From assembly GCA_001179505.1 (NCBI GenBank), contig CDMY01000583.1, forward strand, positions 1 through 47,310: DNA of 47,310 nt. Reading direction: 5' to 3'. The notes below the pieces were generated by a model that saw nothing but the letters and a program-made list of their open reading frames with translations, did not search any database and was not told where the DNA came from. Shown in pieces: positions 32,701 through 44,731 of the stretch. Source of the stretch: Vitrella brassicaformis CCMP3155 (taxonomy: Eukaryota; Protista; Chromerida). Position 1 is the stretch's first letter; every line of letters starts with the position of its first letter. The translations under genes were made by a program, and so were the position numbers.

Positions 32701-34466
32701 TGAGGCATTCGAGGATCTTTGGGGGACATGCACCGGACTGGATGGCACCACACTTGATGGTGTCCTCTTCAATAAAGCCGTGGTACGTCGTGTTGCCGAC
32801 GGTCTGGCACCGGAGCGTCAGCACACTGCCGTAGTGGCCGGAGCGGCGCAGGTACTTCGGGCTGAAGACGTTGATGCCCCTGTCGCCGAATTTGGCCAAG
32901 TATGCGTCGACAGGCTGCTGCAGCCGCTGGAGCTCCTTGATATACGGGGGGCACATCTCTGAAAGCGCCGCAACGGTTGGGAAGGGATGTACGTGTGTGC
33001 GTGTTTTCCTTGTCATGTGTGTGTGTTCCTCTGTCCATATACTTCTGCAGTCGCAGCTGCAGTCGTCCGGGGTCTTTTCGACGTCGCATTCTTCGTTCTC
33101 TGCCTGCACTTCGCCGTCGCCACAACGCTGGTCGAAGTCTGCCGAGGAGAGGAGGAAGCGGTCGCCGCTCACATCATGCAGAATCATGTCTCCAGTGTCT
33201 CCGGGATGTTTGGCTGCTTACTGAGGAGCTCAGATATCTGCTGAACAGCGCCTTTAATGTTGTTCTGTAGCCTGCCTATGTTGGCGTAATGAAAGTAGCG
33301 GATGCGGCCTAGATAAGCAGCAGTGAGAAAGAGGGGAAGAACCATCCATCCATCCACTGACTGTTGGTCAGAAATCGTCAAATCGTACGTACCTCTGAGA
33401 CATCTCTGCCCCCGGTGGTCACATCCCAACGTGAGCGGGCTCGGCAGCATCAAGTTGGTCACTATCAGGTCGGGCAGCCGCACCTGGACCTTGATGTTGC
33501 CCATCATGAAGATCTGCATCGTCGACTGAGACACCACAAAGTGAAACACAAACCCTCTCTCCGACCGCCAACAGATCTTGGCCATCCCTGGCGGCCTCCC
33601 CTCGCCACCTGCCGCCTCCTTTCCTCCTTGTCTCGGCTTCTCGGGTGCCGTGCCGTTGTGAATGGGGTCGAGAAGGCCGATGTAGAGGTGGTCAGGGTCC
33701 CAATCACCGTCCTCGTCAAAAGCTGCCACGGCCCCCAATCTGAAGCCCCAGAAGTTGTCCAGAAATACGACGGGCTGCTCGGGGGAAGGGGCGCGGTCGA
33801 ATGCGAGAAGGAGGGTGAATGTGAAGCCCTCGCTCTGGCTTTCCGCCCATCGGAAGCAGACTCTCTTAAGGCCATTCGGCGCGGTGATCACATATCGGCC
33901 TGACGAGTGGGAGAAGGGACAGTAATGAAAAGACAGCCTTGGAGAGCATCTCACCTGGCGCGAAGCCGAGCCATGTGGTGCCGCCACTAGGAGGCTTGTC
34001 ACTGCAACATAAGAGAGAAAAGACACCAGGCACAAGGATCATGCATGAGGCCAGACGTACAAATGAAGCAAACGGCTCACATCTGGTGCAAGTGAGGCGG
34101 GTGGTCTTCACCATCGAAGATGACTCCCTCCGTCCCGAGAGCGGCGTCCTCCCACCGCCATGGAAGCCGTTTGTCCTGCGCAGTGACCTTGAGAGAGATG
34201 ACCTCGGCCCGGTGAACAAGGCAGACGGGCAGCAGCTCGCCCTTTGCAATGACCCCCTCCGTCTCCCTCCATCGTGCATCGCCAATCGTCTCCCGCAATG
34301 CGTCCTCTTCAGGGCCGCCGGCAAGGCTTAGCCATTCTGTCTGTGTCGCCGTCTCAAAGCGTTGATTCTCTGACAGCAGGCTTGGCGCTGGCGACGGTCT
34401 TGTTGCAAGCGGCAACAGTGCCGTCAAAACGATGGCCGCAGGGCAGCAACGGTGTCTGGAAGGCAT
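23751..34466 (-). CDS. Secreted multi-Sushi/CCP-repeat protein with a C-terminal Hedgehog-like Hint domain and an SRR-like tail (Hog-type autoprocessing precursor)
   Basis: Signal-peptide-like MPSRHRCCPAAIVLTALLPLATRPSPA. About 20 modules of the form C-P-x(n)-HG-x-x-x-x-C...x-C-x-D/N-G-x-W-x(4-6)-C, e.g. FRHGSTAEISC...LTCLEGVWTPNRLHC and YLHGSRQLVSC...ECQDGVWTLTGIQC. The last exons splice in phase into the Hint domain and end at ...QSALGRLLDL* (23751). Confidence 0.8.
24114..25010 (-). other. Hint (Hedgehog/intein) domain
   Basis: Spliced: T|CIDPNASLWRL...ESVPAQEVVVGDRVLSFSKTRGVELTDVYF...LHLTLSPSHRLPI...HVSAAEVRQGDWLV...ARVTRAHQREE|PVPLELIYTGNSHFVANQVLVAD. This matches the Hint blocks (N-terminal Cys, GDxVL, L-x-L-[TS]-x-x-H, A-x-x-V-x-x-GD, F-V-A-N-x-V-L). 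Confidence 0.8.
33045..33124 (-). other. Myxococcus-type cysteine-rich repeat (CGDGxxxxxEECD motif)
   Basis: CGDGEVQAENEECDVEKTPDDCSCDCR. Confidence 0.7.
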
Positions 34467-35138
34467 CTGCGCTGCTCGTATCACCTTGAGACTGGGGGGC
34501 CGTTTGCGATCAACGGCTGACCACGGTGCGGATGGATCTGCACAGCTTCAGATTCACACATAGATAAACGCACACATTCACACACACGCAAGTCAGCCAG
34601 TCGATAGAGAAAAGGCGAACAGACACTGTGTCCGTCATTCCACCGACCAGCTACTATATACATATACACACACACTCACAAGGGCATGGCGGCGCTCAGT
34701 TTGAATGCGCCCATCCCATCCGTGTGGGACGAAACCGTGTGTGTGCACACCAACGGCAAGACAAACGCACCCCTCCCACAAAAACATGGCCTTCCTGGCT
34801 GCAAACGACGTCAGCCAAGAAAGCGCTTCTCTGCCCTTTACACGGCCCACACACATACACACTCACGCGCATTGATGCACTCCATTTACGTCACTGTCAG
34901 CCCATAGTGCGAGTGCTGGTGGATTGTGCCTTGGTGTGTGTGGGGTGTGTGGGGTGGGCCGCATTAACCGGCACACAGCAGCAAACATCCATCCACTATT
35001 GAGCAAAAAAAGTGCCGGCAGCGAAGCTACGTGCTGTGGTGTCTTCCTACATGCGATCGACAGACAGCCTGACGACACACACACATACACAGGATGAGGG
35101 CGATGGATGCACTGCGCTGCCTTTTCACGCCTCACCCT

Positions 35139-37296
35139 CTAAGAGCGACGAATTGCAGTCAGGAGAGTCCCCCACCGTTCCGTCTCGTGTGTGTCGATGA
35201 TAAAGTTATCGCCGACCTTCGTGCCGGTGGTGAGGAGCTGCTGAATGGCGGCGCGGGCGGTGCTGCCGCCATCCACATACAGCATCACCGTCAAACGCTC
35301 CAGGCCCCGCACGCCATCCACGATGGACGAGATGCCGTCACGGATGCGCTTGGCAGCAGCAGAGGCCTCCAACCCATCGGGCACTGAGGAAGGAGCAACG
35401 CACAGACGGCAGCAGTGCACACACATAAGATGAGCCGCCAGAATCGTCTGTTCCGGTGCATACCTGACGACCGCATGAGTATGCGGCCAATCGACGGGAA
35501 GCTGTCCGGCCCCCAGCCGTCCAATGCGCCCTCAGTGAGACTGACTACGACATTGACACCTCCCACCGCCCTCCCCGCCCCCAGACCCTCCAATACGCCG
35601 ATCCTGTCCCCTGAACTCACCTCTCGGCCGAAATCCACCAGCTCCACCTCCCTGGGCATCTTCTCTGCCAACAGCCGACCCGCAGCACCACCAAGAGCAC
35701 TGTCGACAAACAGCTGTCGGGCTGTTGGCAACGGCTGCAGGTGGTCGATGATGGCGGGGTGGGGAGAGGGGGCGTTGGGAGGGAGGACGAAGCCAGGGGC
35801 GTTGCGGACAATCACGGCCGTGACGTTGTCGAATGTGAGTGTCTTGACGATGTCGATGGCCGCCTGGCTGGGGCTGTCGACGGGGTGGGTGAGGCTATGC
35901 TGGCTGATGGTGTAGTTGATCTGTGTCGCCTCCTGTGCGGCCGCCTGGATGGCATTCATGACGAGGGGCGAGGGGTTGGGGGGAAAGTCGTCGCTGTAGA
36001 AGAGCGACAGGTCGAAAGTATGCACACGTCGGTACTCGAAGACGACTTCGGCGTCGACCCGGCAGCACGAGCTGTGGAGCGACTCGACGGACTGCAACAG
36101 GGGAAGGACGCTGCTGTCGATGACGAAGAAGCCCATGTCCACCGTCAGCCAAGTGAGCGACCGGCGGCAGCCACGCGATGTGAGGACATCCTATAGCACA
36201 CAGGAACGGCACACACACATGTGGTGATATCACCGTCAAGGCCCGTCTGTCGCGTGCATCTATTGCTGGCTGAGTTACCTTCAATCTGTCCACCGCTGCA
36301 CGGGCCTTGTCAACATCGAAGGACAGCTCGATGGTGCCGATGCTCTGCAGACCTGCAAGTGGCCCTCTCTGCCAGGCCGCTGCCTTGGGAATACGCCCAA
36401 ACATCGCCGCCCACTGCTCACCCGGCAGCCGGTGACCGCCCACGCGCTGCAGTGACTGTGACGAGCAGATGAGGCGGCCCAGCTCATCGGCCCCCCACTC
36501 GTGCTGCTCCACGCGCTGTAGTGATGGCATCCGCCAGTCTCTGCTCGCCAGGTCGCGATGAGCGAAGCGGAGGCCGGTGATGGTCGTGAGCGCATCGAGC
36601 GATGGGGGCGGGACGAGAGGCGCGATCTGGTCAGGGCAGAGCTGCTGCCGTCGGCGGACGGTACTCATCTCCCTCTTAGCCAATCGCACGCCTTCCAATG
36701 TGATGGTCCGCAGGGAGCCGCCCTGCATGTTGGCCGCTCTCCGGCCGGCAACATGGCCCTCGATCACGGTGATGAAGACGTCAACGCACCACAGAGGCGT
36801 CATCACAGGATAGCGGAACGTAATCGTCGTCAGGCGAGTGAGTTTGTTGGCCCATTGGGTGACGAGAGCGAGAGGGACCCGCTGCCACACCGACCGCTCG
36901 TTGCTGTCGGTGCTGTCGATGGTGAGGTGTGTGTGTGTGGGCGCTGCGTGGTCCCAGGCCGTGGTGGACAGCAGGCCGAGCAGATAGAGGGGCAGAAAGG
37001 CCGTGATGCAGTTGACAAGACCAGGCTGCACAAAGGCAAAGACACACAGAGAGCGACACTAGTGAGATGTCAGGTGCTTCATTCAGACTGACTGAGTCAT
37101 TTGCTCTACCGTGTCTGCGATGGTCTGCCTGAGTTCCCTCTCCCTCTCTGCGCGTCGCTGATCCTCATCGCTTGCAGCAGTTGCAGATGTGGCCTGTCAT
37201 CACACACACACGATTGACAAACAAACAATCACCCACTCATTCACGCGGCCTCACCTGCCGGCCGTCATCTCCAGCGACAGCAGCAGGAGCAGACAT
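35139..37296 (-). CDS. Uncharacterised expanded family A, copy 2 (apparently complete)
   Basis: Exons MSAPAAVAGDDGRQ | ATSATAASDEDQRRAERERELRQTIADT | PGLVNCITAFLPLYLL... | ...VDSPSQAAIDIVKTLTFD...GALDGWGPDSFPSI | VPDGLEASAAAKRIRDGISSI...AIRRS*. The N-terminal helix segment looks F-box-like (inference). Confidence 0.75.
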
Positions 37297-39358
37297 TCTC
37301 CGTCAGTCAGTGTGAAGCAAGCAGCAGTCGAGCGACGAATGTCACTGTTGCCTGATACCAGCTCTAACAAGTCTGCTTCGTCCGATTTACAGACTCGCCT
37401 TCCCTCTCGTGACGGAGCGATGGTATCGACAGGAGAGTTGGTCGGAGAAGATGCTCACTCTGTTCACCGACCCCCCTGGCGGCAGCATCGGCGATGTGCA
37501 GGACCATTTCTACCACTTCTTCAGCGACAGAAGCGACGCACACCCCGCGGAGATCCAGTTTGTCGGAAAGCCTGTCATTGCTAACCGCTCAGTTCCCATC
37601 AGGTCTTTCTTCCAGGCGCACGAGGGTGCTGTGCGAAAAGGCCGGTGAGGACCTTTCCTGTAGTTAGCTGAATAGAGGATCTGCTGGGCGGTAAGTCCCA
37701 GAGTAAGAGTGCTTTTACTTTAATAAGACCGATGGACTGGCCAATCAGTCAATGTTGTTTCTGTTCATGTATGGCATCATGAAGGGTGGTCAACACAGAT
37801 CTCACTTCGATGATGGCTGATAAGATCGTGTCTCCTCAGAATGCTTTCCTTGTCTTTCCTTGTCTTCTCCTCTCTCTCTCCGTTACACAGTAATCTACCC
37901 TACCTCACAAGCTCGCAGTGGTTCGTCTTGCCAAGCTGGCAAACCTGACAGGTGCGACCAGGCAAAAACCTATCGTCTTCTATAGGCAACCTGGCCATGA
38001 GGGTATGTGTGTGTGGGAGGCAGGCAGGCAGGCACTAGGCCGACCAGATGTGATTCGTATGTTGTGGCGTTTCTTGTGTGTGTCAGGAGCAGAGAACAAC
38101 GCCGCCGCGACTCCCATCCGGCCATCCACGCAGCAGCAACAAGGTATAAGCACAGCGACACAAAGGCACGCGGGGAGGCAAGGCTTGTGCCTGTGTTGTC
38201 TGATGCAGATGTCGTGGTGGAATCTCCTGCTGGCCGTCCAAAACGGCGTGCAGTACGTCGTGAAGAAATGTGAGTGACGGCTGTCTGTGTCTTCATGTGC
38301 TGGCCAATGTGGGACACTATGACATACCAGTAGGTGGGTGTGCGTGTGTGGAGGGAGGGAGGGAGAGCTATTTGTTGTTTGTGTTGTGTTGGTAGTGCTG
38401 GTTGTGTGGGCAAGTGGAAAGCGATTTACTGAGCAGATTTGGTATGATTGATGGGCTAATTTGACAATGAGTAGCTTGTTCATGGACGTGTGGGCGTGGT
38501 GAGATTGTCGTGTTGATGAGGCACGGATTGGTCAAGGACGGACAGTACAGCGAGGAGGCCGCCCCCGGACCAAGCAGAACACACAGACAGACAGACAGAC
38601 AAGACAGACAGATGGCAAATCCATGCAGGCAGACAGACAGATGCATGCTTCATGTCGGACATACGCACATCAATTCGATTTTCGTCGACGACGTGAGGCC
38701 ACGGCCTGTGTGAGTGTGCTCCCATTGTGCCCCCAGGATCAACGGTTGACACGACGGAATGGCTCGCTGGCTTTGCACAGCTTCACATACACCAGACGCA
38801 CAGACACATGCACAGGAAGTCATCTACTCAGAGTAAATGCGTCCACAGATATATCCGTCATTCCACCCACCAGCTACGTGTAGACACCAACACACACACA
38901 CACACACACATTCACATGGACGTGGCAGCATTCCGTTTGAATGCGCCCATCCCGTCCCTGTGGGATAAAACCACGCGTGTGCACACCTCCAACACGCACA
39001 CACATGCCCGCCTCGCTGCAAGCGACGTCTACCAGGAGTCCGCTTCTCTACCCCCACACAACACGCACATATACGTCTATATCTGTGTTGGCACCAACAC
39101 CCGATGACAGTGTTGGTGTATTTTGTCCCGCGGCATGTGAGATGTGAGATGTGTATGGGGGCGGGGAGCATCAGCCGACAGACACAGCGGAGAACATTCA
39201 TTCACTCATGTATTCACCAAACAAGTATCAGCAACAATTAATGCTGCGTGCTGTGGTGTCTTCCTAGATGCGATCGACAGACAGCCTGGCGACACACACA
39301 CACAGATACACAACATGGGGGTGATGGGTGCATTGCTCTGCCTCTTTCCTCTTACCCT

Positions 39359-42167
39359 CTAGGAGCGACGAGTTACAGTCAGGCGAGTCCACCATCTCGT
39401 CTCGCTTGTGTCGATGCTAAAGTTGGTGCCGACCTCCGTGCCGGTGGGGAGAAGCTGCCGAACGGCGGCGCGAAGGGCTTCGCTACCACGCACATTCACC
39501 ATCAAACACCGCAGGCCCCCACCACCCACGATCGATGAGATGCCGTCGCGGATGAGCTGGGCAGCCGCAGAGGGCTGCAAGTCGTTGGGCACTGAGTGGA
39601 AACACACACACACGGCAGCAATGCGCACACATCAGATGAACCAACCGAAATCCTCTATATTGAAATGCGTTGCGTACCTCTTACGCCTAACTTCAATTCG
39701 CCAATCGATGGAAAGCTATCCGATGACCAGCCTTCCAATGCACCCTCAGTGAGACTGATCGAATGCTGAAAACCTTGTTTTTGCCTCAGCAGGCCGACCT
39801 CGACAGTGCCCACTTCCCTCTCCGCCCCCAGCCCCTCCAGCACTCTCCTCCTTTCCTGTGGACTCACATCTAAGCTGAACCACACCATCTCCATCTTGCT
39901 CGGCATCTTCTCTGCCAACAGCCGACCCGCCGCACTGCTCACAGCGCCGCCGGTGTCCAACTCTTTGGCCTTTGGGAACGGTTGCAGTTGTTCGATGATG
40001 GCGGGGTGGGGTGAGGGGGTGTCGGGAGGGGGGACGAAGCCAGGGGCGTTGAGGATCGCCACGTACCGCGCCCTGTCGAATGTGAGTGTTTTGGTGATGT
40101 CGATGGCCGCCTGGCTGGGGCTGTCGACGGGGTGGGTGAGGTCATGCTGGCTGATGGTGTAGTTGATCTCTGTCGCCTTCCGTGCGACCGCCTGGATGGC
40201 ATTGAGGGGCGAGGGGTTGGGGGGAAAGTCGTCGCTGTAGAACAGCGACAGGTCGAAACTCTCAAGACGCTGGGCCTCAAAAACGACGTTGGCGTCGGGT
40301 CGGCAGCACGACTTGTGCAGCGACTCGACGGACTCCAAGAGGGGAAGGACCCTGCTGTCGATCTGCTTGCTCAGGCCACGGATGTTGTGGTTAGTCCTGA
40401 CCGAAAAGCTCATGTCCACCACCAGCTGAGTGAGCGATCGACGGCAACCACGCGATGTGAGCGCTGCCTACATCACACACATACATGTGGTGAGATCACC
40501 GTCAAGACCTGTCTGGCACGTGCATCTTCTGCTGCTGACTTACCTGCAGTCTGTCGACCGCTGCAAGGGCCTCGTTAACATCGCCGGCCAGCTGGATGGT
40601 GCCGATACTCTGCAGCTGACTCAGCGGCCCCGGCTGCCCAGCAGCTGCCTCGGGGATGTGCTCAAACACACTGGCCCACTGCTCACCCCGCAGATCACCG
40701 CTCACGTGCCGCAGACACCGTGACGAGCTGATGAAGCGGCCCAGCTCTTCCGAACGCCACCGCTCCTGCTCCACTGTCTGGAGTGACGGCATCAGCCACC
40801 CTCTGTTGGCCAGTTTACCGTACTGCCAAACGGCTCCGGTGACGGCTTTGAGTGAGGGGAGGGTGGAGGGCTCGGTGAGGGGAGGAGGGAGAGGGGGGCG
40901 CCGTCGCTCCACTTCACGCTCCGCCGCCGCACTCGGCCTCACTTTTTCGAATGCGATGGTCTCCAGCCGACTGGCCGACTGTCGCACCTCGGAGGGCCTC
41001 TGAGGGGCGGGGGCGTCTCTCTGTCTGTCGGGCTGGTCGGGGTTTGGAGGCGGCTGAGTGGGGGCGGGCGGGGCGGCCGTGGTCTCAATGATGGTCACCA
41101 ACACGTCACTGCACCACATGGGGTGGTCCTCAGGGTGGCAGAGGGCGATGTGAGTGAGGCCGGTGAGCCGTGCCGCCATCCGCTTGACGAGGTCGAGAGG
41201 GATCTTCTGCCAAAAGCTGCGGCCCTCGGTCGGCGATCGCCAGCAGTGCTCGTCGTCCTTGGTGGCGCAGTCGATGAAGAGTCGTGTGTGGCTGGGCGCC
41301 GCCTGTTCCCACATCTGCTTGGTGTTCTTGGCCAGCCGCTGGGAGAGGGGGATGAGCACATGAAGGGGCAGACACTCCATCACCAACGAACAAATCTGCA
41401 CAACACACAGAAAGAGGGAGGGAGAGCGGCAGGAGTGAGTGTGTCTGTCGTTCACTGCAGATTCCCTCTGGCTGGCCTCACCGTTTCTATGCGCTGCTGC
41501 TGCTCTCTGTTGCCCGCCGCTGCACTGTTCTCTACACCATTACAACCACCGCCAGCCGGGTTGCCAACCACACGCGCTCGCTTGTTGCCGTCGCCAACAC
41601 AAACCTGCACAGACAGACGCACCAATGAGGCCGATCCATGTGTGTGTGCGTGTTCGCGTACGGTCTTGGAGTGCTGCCCTTCTGTGTTGTTCTCGTCCGA
41701 GTTCACAGCACCGCCCACTCAATGGATACACCGAAACAACCTCCCGTCGCCATCAGAGCCCTGACCACACACACCAAGCTCTCCTCTCTCCGGGTGTCTG
41801 CTGTAGGGTGTGCGAACCTGTTGCTGATACGGTGTGTGGGTCTGATTGTGCGGGACGACCTTCTGGAACGGCTCCCGCACCCCGTTGACCGCCTCCACCG
41901 CCCTCAGGTACACCACCGTCCCTCCCTCGGTCGGCTGCACGCGATACACCTCGGCCAGCGCCATGCCCCTCTTCGCGACAGTCGACACCATCCACACACG
42001 AGTGCCCTTCTCGTAACACTGAGGGCCACGGCGGGACACCACCTGCTGAAACGAACAGGCACAAAGATCAGTCACTCCACACAATGATAGAGTGCGCTGT
42101 GCCTTTACTGACCGGCGTCTGCGGCTGAGATCCAGCGGCGGATGACGACGAAGCGAGAGCCGCCATG
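39359..42167 (-). CDS. Uncharacterised expanded family A, copy 3, with an extra N-terminal beta-barrel-like exon
   Basis: MAALASSSSAAGSQPQTP | QVVSRRGPQCYEKGTRVWMVS...HTPYQQQ | VCVGDGNK...RIET | ICSLVMECLPLHVL... (all phase 0), then the family core (WRSEELGRFISSSRCL, VDSPSQAAIDITKTLTFD, GALEGWSSDSFPSI) and the terminal exon ...TVTRRS*. Confidence 0.65.
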
Positions 42168-42900
42168 GCGCCAATCAAGCAGTGGTCGAAGCAAGCAGCA
42201 GACGTCAAATGAGCGCCTGCAATGTCAAGCGGGATGGATAAGTTGTGTTGCTTTGGCTGTGTGTTCCTTCACTCACTTACGTGTGTCCCGAACTCGCTTG
42301 GCTCGAGACTGATGTCTTGAAGCAAGGCGATTTGACAGTGCGATGGCGTCTTGTGCGCGCGCTTTGCAAAGTTACCCTAACTCGAGGAGAGATCGGTCCC
42401 TTCGCATATGTCCTGTCGTTGTTGTCCATCAGACTCAGACCGTTTGTCTGCTTGTCCCAGGTTGATTCGTCAAACCATCTGTCGGCTTCAAGTTTGCAGC
42501 GCTACATTCCCCGGCTGCTTAAAGTTGCTTCACTGCGTGACGGAGATATGTCTGCTGCTGCTGCTGCTGCTGCTGCTCCTGCTGCTGCTGACGGTCGGCA
42601 GGTGAGGCTGCGTGAATGGGCGGCGTGATTGTTTGTCAGCGCTCATCGTTCACTCGTCTGTGTGTGATGACAGGCCACATCTGCCGCTGCTGCAAGCGAT
42701 GAGGATCACCGACGCGCCGAGAGGGATAGGGAACTCAGGCAGGCCATCGCAGACACGGTAGTCCAAATGACTCAGACAGTCTGAATGAAGCACTGACTCA
42801 CTCACTGTCGGCTATCTGTGTGTCTTTGCCTTTGTGCAGCCTGGTCTTGTCAACTGCATCACGGCCTTTCTGCCCCTCTATCTGCTCGGCCTGCTGTCCA
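41814..42900. repeat. Direct repeat, copy 1 (divergent gene-start unit)
   Basis: Reads as identical to 44378 onward for roughly 880 bp, then substitutions accumulate. Confidence 0.9.
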
Positions 42901-44077
42901 CCACGGCCTGGGACCACGCAGCGCCCACACACACCCACCTCACCATCGACAGCACCAACAGCAACGAGCGGTCGGTGTGGCAGCGGGTCCCTCTCGCTCT
43001 CGTCACCCAATGGGCTAAGAAATTCACTCAGCTGACAGCAATTACTCTCCGCTACCCCGTGGGTAACGTCGTGGGCAAGGCTCTGTGGCGCATCGACGTC
43101 TTCATCACGGTGATTGAGTTGAATACCACTACCCTGCGCACGATCGCATTTATAGAAGGGGTGCGATTGGCTAAGCGGGAGATGATGACCGTCGGGTCCC
43201 GACGGCAGCAGCGCCCACTAAGACAGATCGCGCCTCTCGTCCCGCCGCCATCATTGGACTCGCTCACGACCATCACCGGACTCCGCTTCCCTCATCGTTG
43301 CCTGGCAAAGAGAGGGTGGCGGATGCCATCACTACAGTGCGTCGAGCAGCAGGGGTGGAGGGCGGATGAGCTGGGCAGCTTCATCAGCTCGTCACGGTCG
43401 CTGCAGCACGTTGGCGGGAGGCTGTGGGGTCCCGGTGAGCGGTGGGCCAGTGTGTTTGAGCTCATGCCTGAGGCAGCTACTGGACAGAGAGGGCCACTTG
43501 CACGCCTGCAAAGCATCGGTAGAATCGAGCTGCGCGGCAATTTTGACCGCGTCTTCCACTATGCCTGTACAATGGTCGACACACTGCATGTAATTCAGCA
43601 GAAATGGTTGACCAAGTTTGGCTGTGATCACAGCATATGTGTGTGCTGTTCGTGTGTGGTGCAGGCTGTGCTCACATCGCGTGGCTGCACTGAATCGCTG
43701 ACTCAGTTGGTGGTGTTGATGGAATGCAAGAGGGATGTGGCCATTGATATCGACAGTCGTATCCTTCCCCTCCTGCATTCCATCGAGTCGCTACACAGCT
43801 CGTGCTGCCAACCCAACGCCGAGATCGTCTTCGAGGCGTCTTCGAGGCGTCTTCAAGGCGTCTTCGACCTGTCGTTCCTCCATGCGGACACATTCCCTTC
43901 TCACCCCTCCCTCCCGCTCAAGATGGCCATCCAGGCGGCCGCAAGGAAGTCGACACAGCTCGAGTATTTCATCAGCCAGCATGACCTCAGCCACCCCAGC
44001 CAGGCGGCCATCGACATCGCCAACACACTCACATTCGACAACGTGGAGCGCGTGTGGGTCAAGGACGCCGATGGCTT
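42548..44077 (+). CDS. Uncharacterised expanded family A, copy 4, truncated by an assembly gap
   Basis: MSAAAAAAAAPAAADGRQ | ATSAAAASDED... | PGLVNCITAFLPLYLL...SQAAIDIANTLTFDNVERVWVKDADG, then N gap. Confidence 0.75.
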
Positions 44078-44377
44078 NNNNNNNNNNNNNNNNNNNNNNN
44101 NNNNNNNNNNNNNNNNNNNNNNNNNNNNNNNNNNNNNNNNNNNNNNNNNNNNNNNNNNNNNNNNNNNNNNNNNNNNNNNNNNNNNNNNNNNNNNNNNNNN
44201 NNNNNNNNNNNNNNNNNNNNNNNNNNNNNNNNNNNNNNNNNNNNNNNNNNNNNNNNNNNNNNNNNNNNNNNNNNNNNNNNNNNNNNNNNNNNNNNNNNNN
44301 NNNNNNNNNNNNNNNNNNNNNNNNNNNNNNNNNNNNNNNNNNNNNNNNNNNNNNNNNNNNNNNNNNNNNNNNNNNNN
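44078..44377. other. Assembly gap (300 N) between converging partial genes
   Basis: N run. Confidence 0.99.
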
Positions 44378-44731
44378 GAACCTGTTGCTGATACGGTGTG
44401 TGGGTCTGATTGTGCGGGACGACCTTCTGGAACGGCTCCCGCACCCCGTTGACCGCCTCCACCGCCCTCAGGTACACCACCGTCCCTCCCTCGGTCGGCT
44501 GCACGCGATACACCTCGGCCAGCGCCATGCCCCTCTTCGCGACAGTCGACACCATCCACACACGAGTGCCCTTCTCGTAACACTGAGGGCCACGGCGGGA
44601 CACCACCTGCTGAAACGAACAGGCACAAAGATCAGTCACTCCACACAATGATAGAGTGCGCTGTGCCTTTACTGACCGGCGTCTGCGGCTGAGATCCAGC
44701 GGCGGATGACGACGAAGCGAGAGCCGCCATG
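44378..44731 (-). CDS. Duplicate of the first two exons of the 39359-42167 gene; the remainder is lost in the gap
   Basis: Same sequence as 41814-42167 (offset 2564). Confidence 0.5.

Noticed and set aside
25000-33000. Regularly recurring Cys/HG motifs as a CRISPR-like or DNA tandem array
   Set aside because: The repetition is at protein level (Sushi-like modules); there is no conserved nucleotide repeat-spacer structure.
37409-38700. ORFs 37409-37648 and 37918-38277 as a possible transposase remnant
   Set aside because: No DDE/RT motif, TIRs or TSDs recognisable.
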